Shown here: in pieces, positions 61,146-64,000 of the stretch
Layout: each line of letters starts with the position of its first letter
Position numbering within the stretch: the first letter of the stretch is position 1
From: an uncultured Armatimonadia bacterium
GTDB lineage: Bacteria > Armatimonadota > Zipacnadia > CAVVLO01
Assembly (NCBI GenBank): GCA_963749155.1
Contig: CAVVLO010000005.1
Span: 96,001 to 160,000, forward strand
Length of the DNA stretch: 64,000 nucleotides
Direction: 5' to 3'
Program-made: the position numbers and the translations under genes
The notes under the pieces: generated by a model
The model's database searches: none
Seen by the model: the letters and a program-made list of their open reading frames with translations, nothing else
Told to the model about the DNA's origin: nothing

Positions 61146-64000
61146 ATGAAGATGAGCCTGCGTTCTATACTGCTTGTTGTTCTCATAAGCTTTCTCCTTG
61201 GTAGTTCCACTCTGGCTGTTGAGATTCCCCAGGTGACAAATCCGGATTTCGAGGCGGGAGAAGGCGCAACTCCACTTGGCTGGACGCTCTCGGAAGGCGC
61301 TGTGGGCGCCTGGGAGAATGAAGGCGCTCGGTCGGGCCAGCGCCTGCTGAGCCTGACCGGCGATGGCGAAAACGCTGGCCAGTGGCTTTCCGAACCACTG
61401 GAGCTACGCCCTGGCAAGTCGTACCGGATCCAGGTCTGGGCGCGCCTTGCCCCTGGCAGCTCTGGCGGTTGCCTGACACTTGGCACCGAAACTGCAAACC
61501 GTGACTTCAACCTGGGCACCGACTGGCAACAGCTAGGTTTTATATTCGTCACCGACAAGCTGGGCCAGCCAACTCAGCTTCACCTGGGTCAGTGGATGCT
61601 AAAGGGTAAGGTCTGGTTCGATAATCTGGAATTCCACGCGGTAGAGCCGGTCAGCTCGCCGGCAACGCGGGCGCTCTTCCTTGGGTCGGATGAGTTCATC
61701 GAAGGCGCTACCTACTACCATCTGCCCCAGTACGCAGGGCCTGCCTCAAATTACAGCAGACCACTCACAGGCTTCACTTGCAATTTCAATAGCAACCGCT
61801 GGCCCCTTGGCGGAGGCAACTGGTTGCTTTATGGCTATGACTTGCCTGGTCAGAACCTGAGAAGCGCCAAAATCACTTTGGATGTCGGCTATTATGAGGC
61901 GGGCGAGTTGCTGGTCGAGTATTCGACCGATGGAGAGGCCTTTATCGTTTTTGGCAGACTGGCGGGGCTTGGCCGGCTGGACGCCGCGGTGCCTGCCTCG
62001 GCCCTCCCCGCTGGCAAGCTTTACATCCGCTTGCGCAGTCTGGGGTCGCTGCAAGTTTATGGTTACAGCTTTACGGCGGAGCTGAGCGAAGCTTTGCCCG
62101 AGCCGGCGCGAGGCAATACAGATTATGTTGTCTTCCTCCAGCAAGCTCCCGACGTGGTTGCAAGCCTGGCTGTCGTCAATCCGCCAGTAGCCGGGAAATA
62201 TTCTCTTGTTACCCTGGAGTTTTACAATTCAGGGCAGACAGAACAGAGCTTCCAAATCAAGACTGCCGCTGAAGCTGGCCTGGCTGCCTGGGAAGACACC
62301 TCAGAGGAAGTCTTTACCTTGCCTGGCCGCAAGCGCGCCAAAATCAGGGCAGTCTACAAGACTCCAGGCGCTGGGCCCCTGACGGTTCACCTGCTGGCAC
62401 TGCCGACAGGCGGAGGAGCGCCACTTTTGGAAATCGAATGGGCGGCTTCAGCCTCTTCTGTTGATGCAGCAGATTATGGCCATTATCTGGCCGATTCATC
62501 CAAGGGCAGGCTTTGGTGGGCCGAGGGCACCTACAAGGTTGGCCGAGACCGAGCCTCGCCTGAGCCAGGCGAGGCGGTCGCTCCCATATCACTGGCGGCT
62601 GCTCGCAACGAATTTGAGCCAGTGCAAGTTGTCGTTTCTCCGCGGTTGATGTCCAACAAGCCAGCATACGACTAACTGACCTCAAAGGGCCAGGGGGAGC
62701 GACCCTTCCCGCTTCGGCCTGGAGCCTGAAGCAGGTCAAATATGTGTTCATCACTCGCGCGACTGATTCTTTTGGGGCGCCAGGTTATTGGCCTGATCCG
62801 CTGGTAGACCTGACAGGGCCGGTGGCTCTGGAAGCAGGGCAGAATCAGCCTTTCTGGCTGCTGCTGCATGTGCCAAAAGAGGCTTCCGCTGGCCTGTATG
62901 AGGGCACCCTGAGCGTGGAACTGGATGGAGAGACTTCAGAAGTGCCTCTGCAGGTGCGCGTGTTCGACTTCACTTTAAGTGATGAGACCCACACTAAGAC
63001 CGCTTATGGGGTAGGCCCGAATTATGAGTGGTTCGGCCCGCTGTCAGAGCCCCAAAAAGACGAAGTCTTCGACCTGTTTATGCAGGTCTGTCGTGATCAT
63101 CGCATCTCCCCTTACCTCCCCTATGCCCGCGCCCCTTACCATTGGAACCTTGCGGGGCCGGGATTCGAGGTAAAGACAGGGCGCTGGCAGGCGAGGGCCG
63201 ATGAATTCGGCACTTCGCTGCTCAGTCTGGGGTTAGAGGGCGCCTCGTCCCTGGTCACGCTTGGCAATTGCCTGACGATGTTCGAGGAAGACGTGATCGG
63301 CTACCAGGGCACTGGCGAAAGCTGGCCGGGTCTTGAGGGGCTGAAGGACCTCACGGTAGTCCACCAGGACACCGAGCGCATCACAGTTGAAGCGACAGGC
63401 TTCCACAGCAGCAGTAAAGAAGCCGAACGGCGCTATGAGGCGCGTTTCAGGCTGACCTTCCTCGCGGGCAAGCCCTACTTCCTGCTGCAACCGCTGTGGC
63501 TGAAAAATACCGATGAGATGGCCTGGCAGGCGCGCAGCGTCTACTCGCTGCTTACTACGACCAGGGAGGGAGCCGAAGGGCGCAACGGAGAGGGCTGGGG
63601 CGCCTGGCTTTGGGACGATGCGACCCTGGGCGCTGTCGATCCCTCGGGCAGTGGGTGGACTTTTAGCCTGAGGCCCGGCCACGGCGATGTGGCCTTCAGC
63701 CCGATGGTCTTCGTAGAGCCAGGCCAGACCGTACAGTTCGACGTCGGCGCCACTGGCCATCTTCTGCTCTCCTGCCTCGGACTGGTCGCAGGTAGAACAG
63801 GTCGTCGCCGAGGTGAAAGCCGACCTGGCAAGTGGCTCCGGCATCGATCCAGGCGCGCCAAAGCTAGCTTTCACGCGCACCGAGAAGGGCGAACCTTCCT
63901 GGGATCTGGCGGCCTTTGATGCAGCGATGGAGCGTTATCTGGATGGGTACAAGTTCAACGCCTTCAATGTCGGCAATATTCTTCCCTCAAGCCTTGGGGG
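61146..64000 (+). CDS. large secreted carbohydrate-active protein, CBM4/9-like N-terminus plus GH123/DUF4091-like domain; 3'-partial; frameshifts near 62642 (-1) and 63745 (+1)
   Basis: Signal peptide, NPDFE..P.GW, VWFDN, AARNEFEPVQVVV, YWPDPL, NQPFWL, AGLYEG, VRVFDFTL, HRISPY, and in the next frame AFDAAMERYLD..KFNAF. Confidence 0.65.

Overview
This is a roughly 60% GC bacterial chromosomal window that is mostly housekeeping DNA. I saw no rRNA, tRNA, CRISPR array, prophage or IS element. Left arm (1-19.3 kb): carbohydrate-active and accessory genes (two GH106-like proteins, a GH151-like fucosidase, a GxGYxYP protein, a beta-helix protein, ThuA, a URO-D/methyltransferase-family protein), plus argG, an MCP behind a sigma-28-like promoter, pfpI and pdxST. 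Centre (19.7-36.7 kb): a dcw cluster, mraZ-rsmH-ftsL-ftsI-murE-murF-mraY-murD-ftsW-murG-murC-murB-ftsQ-DUF881-sbp-ftsA, that ends WITHOUT ftsZ and has several degenerate signature motifs. It is followed by a ~650-nt structured intergenic region and a two-gene module: an anti-sigma factor with tandem zinc-finger (ZAS) domains and a ~1050-aa secreted, repeat-containing, beta-rich protein ending in Phe, with no sigma factor adjacent. Right arm: TIGR03960 radical SAM/TIGR03936/RNase G, an orphan histidine kinase, comB, glyQS, dGTPase, purMH, a PHP protein, smpB, a nitroreductase, a TIM-barrel epimerase and a truncated CBM/GH123-like gene. At least 14 single-base frameshifts (13 of them +1) break genes, including essential ones, and are best read as sequencing/assembly indels. 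The gene content suggests a diderm Terrabacteria lineage such as Armatimonadota (inference only). All family calls come from motif recognition, not database searches.
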